The notes under the pieces: model-generated
The model's database searches: none
What the model was told of the DNA's origin: nothing
The model's input: only the letters and a program-made list of their open reading frames with translations
Shown here: in pieces, positions 26,701-36,287 of the stretch
How the letters are laid out: every line of letters starts with the position of its first letter
Position numbering within the stretch: the first letter of the stretch is position 1
Translations under genes and position numbers: made by a program
Source of the DNA: Diadema antillarum
Lineage: Eukaryota
Reading direction: 5' to 3'
Assembly (NCBI RefSeq): GCF_040938485.1
Contig: NW_027271066.1
Span: 868,001 to 932,000 of the forward strand
DNA length: 64,000 bases

Positions 26701-29700
26701 GCAGTTCACTGTACATTATGTCCCTTTTGATTGAAGCTGATCATCCTCTTTCTTTCCTCTGTATATTTGCTTTCCTGTGACGATGAATTATTTTTACAAT
26801 GTATGTGATCAGCTTTCAAGCTGCATCATGCGATGAACCCTACAATGTAGTACAGCAAATTGTGCTACGCATTCTACATAACTCCACTGCACACTGTCTC
26901 TGTGTTGAGTGCCTAATGTAGCTCACGGCTCTGTTTTTAAATGCAGGACTCCAACATCTTGTCGGCAACCTTTCCAGGGTCCACACAAGTAGCCTATATC
27001 CTGAGCCTTGGAGTGGTGGAGGAATACCGGAGGAGAGGCATAGGTAGGTAATAGCCCAGGCATTCCGCCTAGCTCACAATGAAGGATGTGTACATCGAAG
27101 GAAGGCAGACAGATCCCGTAGATCGCGACCTCTGTGTAACCCCCATGATACAAAACAATGTGTGCATATTATTGTGGACGGAGGAGTAGGGTCGTGTGGC
27201 ATCTTACTGTACATCTTGGTTTAGACTTAAAGGTTGTATCCCTCTTGCAAACATCACAAAATTTTTACAGATTTAAGAATAATGTCTCCTAACATCATGT
27301 ATAAAATCTTTAATACGATGTTAATACACCTCATTTTTTTTATTTGTTTATTTGTTATTATTTTTTTTTGAGAAATTGAAATTGAATCCTATATGTCACT
27401 TGAAATTACAGGGTCCTGGTTTGTGCAGTGAATAACAGTTGGGATATCTTGAAGGTTGGAATAAATTCACTGGAAATTTAAAGTATTTACTCCCCCTCCA
27501 TCATAAAGAAGTTTCAAGTTCATGCTATTATTCTGAGGAAAGGTCTGAATTACATACACTCTACCTTTACAAGATACCATACTATGAAAGAAATCTAATT
27601 TCCAGGGTTGAAAATGGGACACTCAAACTTTGAATGATACAATGGTTTACCTGAAAAAGAAAAAAAGAAGACTTGTGTTCCTCCCAGCAAATGTGATCAA
27701 TTTATTAAAGGGATGGTACGGTATTGGTGGAGATGAGAGTTGGGCTTTTAACTTTTTGCGAGATACTAAGAAAATACTTATGACATAGTACAGAGCATAC
27801 CATCTTAAGAGGAATTCAAAGTTTATTTGATGAAAATCGGGTTTGGAATGAATGAAACATCCAAAAACAAAGTAAAACAAAGCAATCGTAATAAAGTGTG
27901 GGTCCCACACTTTATTAGAATCGCTCTTTTTTGGATATCTCAACCATTTCAAAACCAATTTTCATCAAATAAACGTTGAATTCCTCATGGAATTACATGC
28001 TCTTTCATATTTCATAAGAGGTTTCTCATTATCTCACCAAAAAATGTTAGAAACCTGAAATTAGGTCTCAACCAAAACTGTACGATCCCTTTAACATTTT
28101 CGCAGTAAAAGAAACTTCCATTTTCCTTTTTTTTTTTTTTAAATGATTCTGGGATTTTCTGTGTTGTTGCTCCTTTGTATTATACAGACCTTACAACAAT
28201 AGGCAGCATCTAAAGGGTTTGAGAAGGAAGAAGTATGTCATATTTTCTCTCAGTTTTGGTTGACGAAGGTAGTGTTCGTGTTTGGAGGAAATTACATATA
28301 ATTTCCCACTTGGGAGTGATTTGTTCATTGAACATTTCTCACAGGATGGGATTGCAATGCATATAAAGTCATTAGTGGAGTCAAGTTACCAGTATTAAAT
28401 ATCCCTGGCATGAAATGGAAGTATCATGCATTGATATTAGAGCTGTCTGTTTTTGTTATGAACAAGGTGTAGCATCGAGAATGCATTTTTAAGACTTAAA
28501 TGTAATTTCTGTATTTATGTACAACATTATGTGTGTGCAGAGCATGGCTCTCCTTCATATTCAATGCCAAGATTCAATACTGCTAAAAACTAGTTGCAAT
28601 TATAATATCAGTAAGTGAAAGTGGATTGTATGTGTGTATGCACCTGACCTTGGAGACGTACAAGAGTATCATAATATCTCTAACGAGATGGCAGAGACCA
28701 AGTCTTGTTTTGCATGAGGTTGTCAAACAGTATAACCATCTCATTTTCGTAATGGATAGAATGGGCTTGCTGAATCAAAAGTGGCATCAACAATTTATTT
28801 CATATTAATTTAGGATGACAGTAATGGTAATATTTATCTGTTTCTGCATTTGGCTTCCCTTTTCCCGTCTTACTTTCCTCTTAATTCTGCTGGACAGATT
28901 TTGACCTTTGATTTCAGAGCGTTGCTCAAATAATGCATTTATAAGCAGACTCTCCCTGTGCTGTTGGTAGTGATGGTATAATGGGTCTCCCTCTCTCTCC
29001 CTCTCTCTCTCTCTTCGCCCTTCTCATTCAGTTAAGGTACAACATCTCTGTGGCATATGAAATATACTTCAAACTATTTTTAACCTTTTTGGTTGTGTTT
29101 GGAAAACTGCTCTATGCATACTATGTAGGATTGATTGCTGAATGAATATTTTTAGTTTTGATGATAACCCATTTGTAATTGATGCATATATACTATGTAT
29201 TAGAGAACAAAATATGTTTGTAATTTAATATGACCACTTTTGTTGCTTTTTGTCAACAGAAAATTGCATGATTTTTATCTTATCATATTTTTCTAAGTCT
29301 AAAATTATATCAAACCTATGCTAACTAGTGATGGTCATTAGGTAATTGGATACATTGTACACCTCAAGTGTTACTGTACAGGAGATACACATGAGGTGCA
29401 TGTTGTACGTTGAAGCTAATATCAAACTGCCTATGGAATCGTTAACACAAACAGGGGTTTCACACTGTTAAAAGATTTCGTTTGTGAACTTACATAGACA
29501 CACGTTTCACACTTTAATCAAGTTACTTTTATTTTAAAGCCTGAAAGTAAACTCAAATCATATTCTCTGTATATGTCCATGTAGTCGATATGATGATTTT
29601 TCTGAGGTACTTTGTGCAAAAATGCATATTTGACGTCATTTGTAGCTGTGAAATTTCATTTTTAAGCTGAAACTCATAATTAGTCTGCATTACTTTGATA

Positions 29701-32700
29701 AAAATATGTTTTGGGCAGCTACAGCGTAGTGAAATGTGATTTTTCTCCAATATGTACTTGCCAGTATCATCAAAAAGGTACAAAATGTACCTTTGCACTA
29801 CTTAAGTGGCCCTCAACAGTTCATGGGTTAAACAATGCTGCACACTGGCACTGGTCCAACGGTCCAGGACTACTTCAAATCACTTTCAGACCAGTAGCTT
29901 TTTCAGGAATGGACCAGTAAAAAAAAAATATGAAAACTGAGTACCTGCTGGTCCAACAGACAGGTTGGATCAGTAGAAAAAATGGGTTAGTGTGCAGCCC
30001 TGTGTTATACCATAGAGCCATAAGAGATACAGTATGCACACAGCGCTCGTGATAAATACAGATACAGTATTGTGCAGAATTCATGCGTATACTTTATTTA
30101 CATTCTGGAGGTTGACACAGAAGGTGTAGGTGATTAGGAATCACAGAGAGGTCATGCTCAATTTCGAGTTTGTTGGTTTGTTGGTCTTGACATGAAAGTA
30201 CTATTTGAGTACAAGGTGTAGACCTTCATGTATTCCTCAAAAGATGACCACCTTTATGGCCTGGATAGAGCATAAACCAGAGGAAAGAAATCTTGTAGTT
30301 TGAATCTTCAAGACAGTTAACTTCGAAGTCCGTCTACATATGGGGCTTAACTACAAGCTAATCTTAGTGGAAGTTAAAATTTTTGAATTAATCTGTATTA
30401 TGAAATGGGCTGTAGAATCTCTGCAATCTGATTGGTCAATTGTCATGCACTGATTTTTATCTGATCCACACTGAGCCACGCATCCTGTAAAATCCGAACG
30501 CATGGCTCAAGTCTTGTGTAGTGTTGTACAACGTGTAGGTGTACCGGATGCATGATGGGGAAAATGGTTGTATTTATTGAATTTACGGGCCCGTTTTATA
30601 ATACAAGTGATGCACAGGCCTATCACACATGTGGATCGGTGAGAATTGGATGCTCTCGTTTAACTTCAGAACAGTCTAAAACACACGCGCTGTGCTTGTG
30701 GGTTTAAACACCAAAGTTAAACTCGTGCATCCAATTCTCACCAATCCACTCTGTCCTGTGCATCATTTGTATAATATTAGCAACATCATGTGAATCTTAA
30801 AGGACAAGTTCACCTTCATAAACATAAGGATTGAGAGAATGTAGCAATATTAGTAGAACACATCATTGAAAGTTTGAGGAAAATCAGACAATCCGTTCAA
30901 AAGTTATGAATTTTTGAAGTTTTTGTGCAGTACCCGCTGGATGAGAAGACTACTGCAGTGTATGAATAACTTAGATGTCACATGCGTACAACAATATAAG
31001 GAAAATATAAAGAGAATTTCACAAAATTCCATCTTTTGAAAAAAGTACACATTCCCCTGACTCGTTACCGATAAATGTTATGGGTAATATTATTCCCCCT
31101 GCCTTTAGAAAGAGGCAAGTCAATTGCTCTTTTATTATGCGAAAAAAGTGAAAATATGTTGAATTTTCTTTTGTATTTTCTTTATACTGTTGTACGCATA
31201 TGACTCACAAGCTGTAGTAGTCTCCTTATCCAGCGGTTCCAACACAAAAATTTAAAAAATTCATAACTTTTGAACGGATTGTCTGATTTTCCTCAAACTT
31301 TCACTGATGTGTTCTACTAATATTGTTGCATTTTCTCAATCCTTATGTTTATGAAGGTGAACTTGTCCTTTAAGTTTTAAGACGGAGGTTAGGTGTTTAT
31401 TTACATTGCCTGAAAAGCTCCCTTACATAACATGTCTTATTGACTTGGCAGTGCCAAAGGTTAAAGATACTGTTTGACATTGTGGCAGCTTAATTACAGA
31501 AATTGTCAAATTTTGCTGAATTACAAATTTGTAGCTCTATAATGATGTTCAAATGCTGAAAAAATGATCCATTCAAATACAAAAGTTTCAAGAATTACGC
31601 TGTCACTGTTTTTCTTTTGCACAGTTAAGTCTAACAAATCACAGATGTGTGATGTTAGAAGTACATGTAAGCTACCACTATGCTTAGGCTCTGAACCAGT
31701 AACTTTGAGACATGATACAAAATGATGTCTGTGTCATTGTAGAGGATATGGGGTCTACCTGTGTCTTGGCCTGGTGCAGAGACTAGTCACCTGCTGGCTT
31801 ATACCCCTTTCATACCAAACTTCTCCAGATGTCACCTGAGCGCACTCTAGACAGACATCTGGGGTGTGATTCGTTAAGTAAACACGAGGTGTGGGCAGAG
31901 CACCGTTTCATACTGGAGGCTTGTCTGGAGTGCGCTCGAGCGCGCTCGGATGAGCTTGGGCACAGGTTACCATGGCAGCTATTTCTTTTAAAATTGTTTT
32001 TTCTTTCCTTCTGCAGATAATTATTCCCATAAAAGTCAATACATTAGAGCGTTTAAGATTATAGAGCCAAAATCACACTTCTCAGTAATTTCTTATCTAT
32101 CAGATTATGAATAATGTCATCACTGAATTTATCGTTATTACTTGCATACACATTACATGCATGTATGCTGCACAGTGAATTGTGTACACTTTTTTTTTTC
32201 AACGTACGTATATAGGCCCAAGTGATACAAAGCGCGCGCTTATATGACCACGTTCGAGGATTTCCGGTTCCGATCGACGTCCAGTGTTTGTGCGGAGCCC
32301 TTTCATACCCGAACGACATCCAGTGTTCATCCACTCTTCGTCCACTGTTCATCCACTGTTCGTGCTAGACGGTCTAGCATGCATCGCATCTACTGTTCGC
32401 CCACTGTTCATCACTGTTCACCCGGGTGTCTTTTTCAGGCTACCTTTCGTACCAACAGTGGTCTAGGGTGAACAGTGGACGACCTCCTGATGTCATCCAC
32501 TGTTCATCATCTGGTATGAAAGGGGTATCAGTGTGGATGAATATCTCTTTGGAATGTCCATTAGTAGACAGGGACAGTGTATTGTCAGGCACCTGTGCAC
32601 ATGATTTATGTTTTATGAAAGGTCAAGTACACAATGTCCAAGCTCTTGGAGCAGGTCAGTGGCCCAATGGTGAAAGATATCAAGAATTTGTTTGGATAAA

Positions 32701-35700
32701 ATATGATTTATGTCTGTATAAGATAGCTACAAATAATGTAGCTTTAAATACTTTACCCTCATCAGAGGTTTATTTATTGCCTCTCATCTTTGTTTTCACA
32801 TTCACGAGGAAGAATAATAATAAATCATATGTGGTTTACTGTTGTATTCCCAATCAGTCCCCTCTACCAAAACAAGTATCAAAACAAACAAATTAAAGCA
32901 AAAAGGAATACAGTGTAAAGGAGTAGCATGAGAAGGTCTATAACCATGGGAATGTTAAATATTTTGCAGCATGAAGGACAGACTTGTGAGATGAAGCTGT
33001 ATGTGTGCTCTCCCGAGTCTTTCAGAATGACTTTGCCACACACAGTATGTTATTCATGTGAGGGTGGCCCTGCTATCAACATCATGTTTGTACAGCCCCC
33101 ATTTAGACTGCTCCGTACACTGTGCGATCATTTCCAGAATGTCTCGCAGGCATACCAGGCTGTGAGTGAAGTATTGCAATAGGTGAACCATCAGTCAACT
33201 ACAGTTTCATGTGGTTTGGCAGATGTATACATCCAAGCATATTCGTCTACAGTAGTCTCTCTCAATATTTTAAGGATGTACAGTATGTTTGTGTGTGTGT
33301 GTGTGTGTGCCTTTATGCATGTTTGTCTGTGTGACTGTAGTATTTACTTTTGATTCATCATATCAATGTGTTACTGTAGGTTGATGCCTTCACACAAACC
33401 CTATTGCAGTATTCACGCTTATGGCACTTTTAATACATATAGTTTAAATAGAAATGGTACAGTTTTGGTTGAGGTGGGGCTTCAGGTTTCCAACTTTTTT
33501 TAATGATAATTGTTTAAGATGATGAGAAACCTCATGTGAAATATTACTGGACATATGATTCAAAGAGAATTGAAGTTTACTGAATGAAAATTGGTTTTTG
33601 AAATGGCTGAGAAATCTAAAACAAAAAAATGGGACCCACCTTTTGCTAGGATCCCTTTGTTTTACTTTTTTGTTGTTGATATCCTAGCCTTTTTAAAATC
33701 GATTTTCATCAGATAAACATTAAATTCCGCTTAAAAGTGTGTGCTCTTTAACGTTTCATGAAGTGGTTTTTAAGTATCTTGCAAAAAGTTGAAAGCTGAA
33801 TCCTCACCTCAACCGATACCATACCATTTCTTTGAAAGTGATTTTACTTTCAAGGCACTTGATGCATACTCATTACAGTAGCCAGTATGTGTGCCTGCCT
33901 GTTACAAAATGACTTCTGGGGTATGCCCAAACTACCTAGAACTTCTGTAGTGTTAAATTGGTATGTACTGGCGTGTGATGTTAAGTCCTTGGTTGGTACA
34001 GTTGCCAACCTTAATAAAAGTTAAGAGATGCTGTTATGGAGCGTAGCAACCAAGGGAGGGGGGGGGGGATAGGGGTGGAGGGAGAGATCAACATGACCAA
34101 AAGGTATGGGATGTTGTGTGAAAGGGGGTGTCATCCTTTTACTGTAAGGAGCTTTGACAATTTTACATTTTCAATGTTGCAATCTGGTGCATACTTTCGT
34201 CATGATTTCAACACATGAGAGTCGGTGCACCTGCAAGAAAGTTTGAAACCTTGCGATAATGTTTGGAATATCAGGGATTTGGGACTTTTTTTGTTGGTAC
34301 ATGTAGGCCTATTCATTGTGAGAATTTATTAATCAGAATTAGACAGAATGTGGTGAATTGCTTGAATCTCACGCTGATTGTGTGAGAGTTGGCAGTCCTT
34401 TGTTGTTTTCTGTTTTCATTCAGAAATTTTGTTACTTACATTATTCATAGACTGTAAATCGTAAAAACTTGGATTATTCAAGAGATTGCCTGATCCTATA
34501 CTGCAGATACATTAGGTCTTTATGGACCTAACAGACATGTGTAAGCAAAAGATAAATTGACTTTTTTTTTCTTTCTAGAGTTAGGGGTACATTTTTTTCT
34601 ATGATGTCACTTTGCATGATTCAATAATACCACACTTTGTCACTCTCAAATCTGTACCCATCACAGCTTCAGCCCTCCTGGAGAATTTCCTCGCCTCGCT
34701 GACCTCCCAGACCAGTGGGTCCAGGCCCACAGCCAAGGCTGTCTACCTCCACGTCCTAGCCTCCAACACAGGGGCCATCAGGTTCTATGAGAAGCACAAG
34801 TTCCAGCGGCACGAGTTCCTTCCTTACTACTACTCCATCCATGGCCAGGCTAAAGACGGGCTCTCCTACGTTCTCTACATCAATGGAGGCCAACCACCAT
34901 GGACTCTCATATATCCTTTTGGTTCAGACTTCAAGGATCTGTGCCCAACTGACTCAACTGGTCATACGTGTAGATCACATCAAGTTGTATGCTCTATACA
35001 CTGCATTGTTTTTGCTTTTGGACGTTTAGAATCAGGGATGGCTCAAATCAAATCTAATCAGTGCATGGTTATGTGTAGTAATTCTAAAAACACCAGACCT
35101 TCCATTAAAGAAATAATAATATAATCAGTATAGTAAATAAAAAAAAAAGAAAAATAAGAATTCATGACACTGGCATTTTGTAGTAGTCTTGTATCCACCT
35201 TCACCATAAGAAATAGATACTTCACTATTGATCCTTGAGGCTTTGTACACATTTATTTATGTACATGGCTATCTATTCATCATAATGTCAAGGTCAAATT
35301 GTATATTTTGCTGTTTATTCAATTATTCTCAAATGAAGTTATTTCATTATAATTGTTGCACACGGATGTTGTTTGAATATTTGAACAGACAATTCTTTGA
35401 TTAGCTTTTTGAAAATAAAATGGTGAAGATTAGGCGCCAAGATTGTGATCATTTTGTAAGATTCAAAGTTTCATATAATAATCTGAGATACTTGAGAGGG
35501 TTGAATCACATGTATAATATAAATTGATATGTCATACTACATTTACAGATAGATTGTGACTCTAGGGTTTAAACATCATACAAAATTTTGTTTGTGCAAT
35601 ATTGGTGACAAATTTTCAAGATGCTCCAAGCTTTCTTGAATGGTAAGTTTTAAAAATGGTATTGCTAATCTCAGATTGGAATAAATATCCTTGACTGATC

Positions 35701-36287
35701 AGCTTACAGATTATATGAAGCACTTTGGATCCTACATCTCACGCATACAACCGTGCAATCTGCCTCATGCCATGGCTCGACACACACGCAACTTTTTCGC
35801 CGCCCGCCGCAGTTGGGTGCACCTCCCTCACCTGCCAAACATGCCCAGTATGCCCAACATGCCAAACATTAATATGCCCAACATCACCATGCCCAACATT
35901 CTCTCCCGCATCAGGGGTCAAGGGTCATCCTCTTCATCCTCCGCAGCTGGCCCCTCGGGGTCGTCATCCAATTCGGGGGCGGGAGACTCGTCTGATTCTT
36001 CTTCCTCATCGTCGGCAGAAGCGGTCACGGTGGTGGACGACACACCCAGCGTTGCCTCGTCGCCATCATCGCAGGCTCCGTCTCCAGTGCCGGTGGTCGT
36101 CACGGTTCCCATGACCCCCCACGAGGCTGGGGAGTCGTCGGGATCGAGTCGGCGAAGCTGGCTGCCGAGCATCAATGTGAGCGGCATGAGTCTGTTGACA
36201 CGTTTTGGCGGACAGTGTTACGACAGCGGAGAACAAAACGAACCAGAAGAGCCAGAGGAATATACAAATGCTGACCACTCACTATAA
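3867..36287 (+). CDS. NAA60: N-alpha-acetyltransferase 60 (NatF), join(3867..4240,8943..9072,26947..27043,34667..34910,35708..36287), 1425 nt = 474 aa + stop
   Basis: Spliced translation gives LRFLCPDDVEAVKGLCREWFPVEYPDFWYKDIT...TQVAYILSLGVVEEYRRRGIASALL...KAVYLHVLASN...FLPYYYSIHG...YVLYINGGQPPWTLIDY. This is collinear with the remembered human NAA60 GNAT domain, including the catalytic Tyr (VAYIL) and His (YLHV) equivalents. All splice phases are compatible and the total length is divisible by 3. Confidence 0.95.
4366..4585. mobile_element. MITE family A copy
   Basis: TACTGTATAAGCTGTTATTTT...AAAATAACAGCGTATACAGTA; similar to 39012-39227 and 58888-59086. Confidence 0.85.
4714..4879. mobile_element. 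Harbinger-like MITE with CTG TSD
   Basis: CTG-GGCCCTGTTGC...GCAACGGGCCC-CTG. A related right end lies at ~56985-57006. Confidence 0.7.
5881..6062. mobile_element. G-rich CAG(T)GGCGGATCCAGG MITE with 6-bp TSD
   Basis: CAGGGCGGATCCAGG / CCTGGATCTGCCACTG; TGTATG on both flanks. Confidence 0.8.
6481..6530. repeat. (GT)n microsatellite
   Basis: Direct reading. Others at ~17684-17735, ~33290-33310 and ~54806-54850. Confidence 0.95.
8943..9072 (+). CDS. NAA60: NAA60 coding exon 2
   Basis: gtccacag|A TAC CCA GAC...; YPDFWYKDITNDKRFFSLAAAVNTTIVGLLVAEVKTRARCHRE; |gtaaga, phase 0. Confidence 0.95.
9934..10311 (+). mobile_element. Kolobok-like MITE family B copy (right end clipped)
   Basis: TTAA-AGGGATGGTACAG start; body near-identical to 27709-28090. 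Confidence 0.85.
12050..14960 (-). pseudogene. Tentative decayed adhesion/secretin-family GPCR (7TM_2) relic nested antisense in NAA60 intron 2
   Basis: Fragments in the expected order: TM1-like (TSYSGSGFIFWILI ~14850-14780), TM3-like (SACV...LHL...STFTGFNW ~14680-14600), TM4-like (GYRSPSITTTIC ~14320-14270, after a pyrimidine-rich acceptor) and TM7-like (LAHSLQGFHFLLF ~12562-12525). Stops and frameshifts lie between them. Pattern recognition only. Confidence 0.35.
13555..14202. mobile_element. Harbinger-like CpG-rich MITE (~650 bp)
   Basis: TIR of ~35 bp, AGGCCCGGTCACACTGCCCAAAAGT(T/C)GTGTAAACG, at both ends; flanks TTC/TTA. Confidence 0.85.
15780..15812. repeat. (CAAA)n microsatellite
   Basis: Direct reading. 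Confidence 0.9.
16781..17048 (-). mobile_element. tRNA-derived SINE
   Basis: A-box TGGCGTAGTGG (17035-17025) and B-box GGTTTGATTCC (16992-16982), then a TCCTTGGACAAG...CCCAGGTAAACAGGTACC core and an (ATT)-like tail. Confidence 0.75.
18572..18740. mobile_element. Harbinger-like MITE family D (uninterrupted copy)
   Basis: GGGGTTGTTTCATAAAGCTGTTC / GAACAGCTTTATGAAACACCCC inverted ends. Confidence 0.85.
19265..19349. mobile_element. piggyBac-like mini-MITE (~85 bp)
   Basis: TTAA|CCCGTTGAGGACG...CGTCCTCCACGGG|ATAA. Related copies at 63512-63594 and ~17790-17910. Confidence 0.75.
19396..19595. mobile_element. hAT-like MITE with TCTCCCTGA subterminal repeats
   Basis: About five TCTCCCTGA copies between GAGCTGCCAAG and TGGCAGACCTG. 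A related end lies at ~57160-57259. Confidence 0.55.
21554..21978. mobile_element. Tc1/pogo-like MITE with TA TSD
   Basis: TA|CAGTTGAACCTCTCTTATCCGG...CCGGATACGAGAGGTTCAACTG|TA. Confidence 0.88.
22986..24016 (+). repeat. Tandem satellite of ~190-200 bp units (about 5) built from ~45-50 bp sub-repeats, inside the 3.3 kb element
   Basis: Recurrent AAAACTGATTTCGTT at ~23002, 23191, 23504, 23701 and 23902, plus a recurrent TAACGAACCTTCAGA(A/G)TAA. Confidence 0.85.
24924..25153 (+). mobile_element. Helentron/HINE-like non-autonomous fragment
   Basis: AAAATTTCATC...(ACAA/GACA)n...ACAACCTTTGGCGGAGG. The microsatellite plus GGCGGAGG end resembles DINE/HINE-type elements, from memory. Confidence 0.45.
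26947..27043 (+). CDS. NAA60: NAA60 coding exon 3 (absent from the ORF track)
   Basis: aaatgcag|GAC TCC AAC...; DSNILSATFPGSTQVAYILSLGVVEEYRRRGI; G|gtaggt, phase 1. Contains the GNAT acetyl-CoA motif RRRGIA. Confidence 0.95.
27709..28090 (+). mobile_element. Kolobok-like MITE family B, full copy with TTAA TSD
   Basis: TTAA|AGGGATGGTAC...GTACGATCCCT|TTAA. RR...YY termini and a TTAA TSD are Kolobok hallmarks. Confidence 0.9.
29833..30002. mobile_element. CAGGG-ended MITE with GGACCAGT repeats (copy 1)
   Basis: Ends AGTGTGCAGCCCTG; homologous to 40205-40368. Confidence 0.7.
30396..30776. mobile_element. Bipartite foldback element (two abutting inverted-repeat modules)
   Basis: TATTATGAAATGGGC...GCCCGTTTTATAATA joined to TATAATACAAGTGATGCACAGG...CCTGTGCATCATTTGTATAATA. 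Confidence 0.55.
30801..31369. mobile_element. Kolobok-like foldback MITE family C (long TIRs, TTAA TSD)
   Basis: TTAA|AGGACAAGTTCACCTTCAT...ATGAAGGTGAACTTGTCCT|TTAA; inverted arms of roughly 170 bp. Confidence 0.9.
31802..32527. mobile_element. Harbinger-like MITE (~725 bp)
   Basis: 16-bp TIR TACCCCTTTCATACCA / TGGTATGAAAGGGGTA; flanks TTA/TCA; internal CCACTGTTCA repeats. Confidence 0.8.
33449..33831 (-). mobile_element. Kolobok-like family B, diverged inverted copy
   Basis: Reverse-complement similarity to 27709-28090. Confidence 0.75.
34667..34910 (+). CDS. NAA60: NAA60 coding exon 4
   Basis: catcacag|CT TCA GCC...; ASALLENFL...YLHVLASN...PPWTL(I). Ends at the U12 donor AT|ATATCCTTTT. 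Confidence 0.95.
34911..35707 (+). other. NAA60: U12-type (minor spliceosome) AT-AC intron of NAA60, 797 nt
   Basis: 5' end ATATCCTTTT. Branch site TCCTTGAC at 35688-35695, with the branch A at 35694, 13 nt before the terminal AC at 35706-35707. Splicing restores WTLIDYMKHFGS, matching NAA60 WTILDYIQHLGS. Confidence 0.92.
35708..36287 (+). CDS. NAA60: NAA60 coding exon 5 (membrane-anchor region plus long C-terminal extension)
   Basis: DYMKHFGSYISRIQPCNLPH resembles the human C-terminal amphipathic helices. It is followed by PNM repeats and a Ser-rich tail to TAA at 36285-36287. Confidence 0.9.

Noticed and set aside
35670-35709. Canonical AG acceptors (35673-35674 and 35708-35709) for NAA60 exon 5
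   Set aside because: There is no GT donor at the conserved junction in exon 4. The AT-AC pair with a branch site restores the conserved protein exactly.
35725-36278. Alternative-frame and antisense ORFs over NAA60 exon 5
   Set aside because: Shadows of a GC-rich, low-complexity coding exon; no independent splice or homology evidence.
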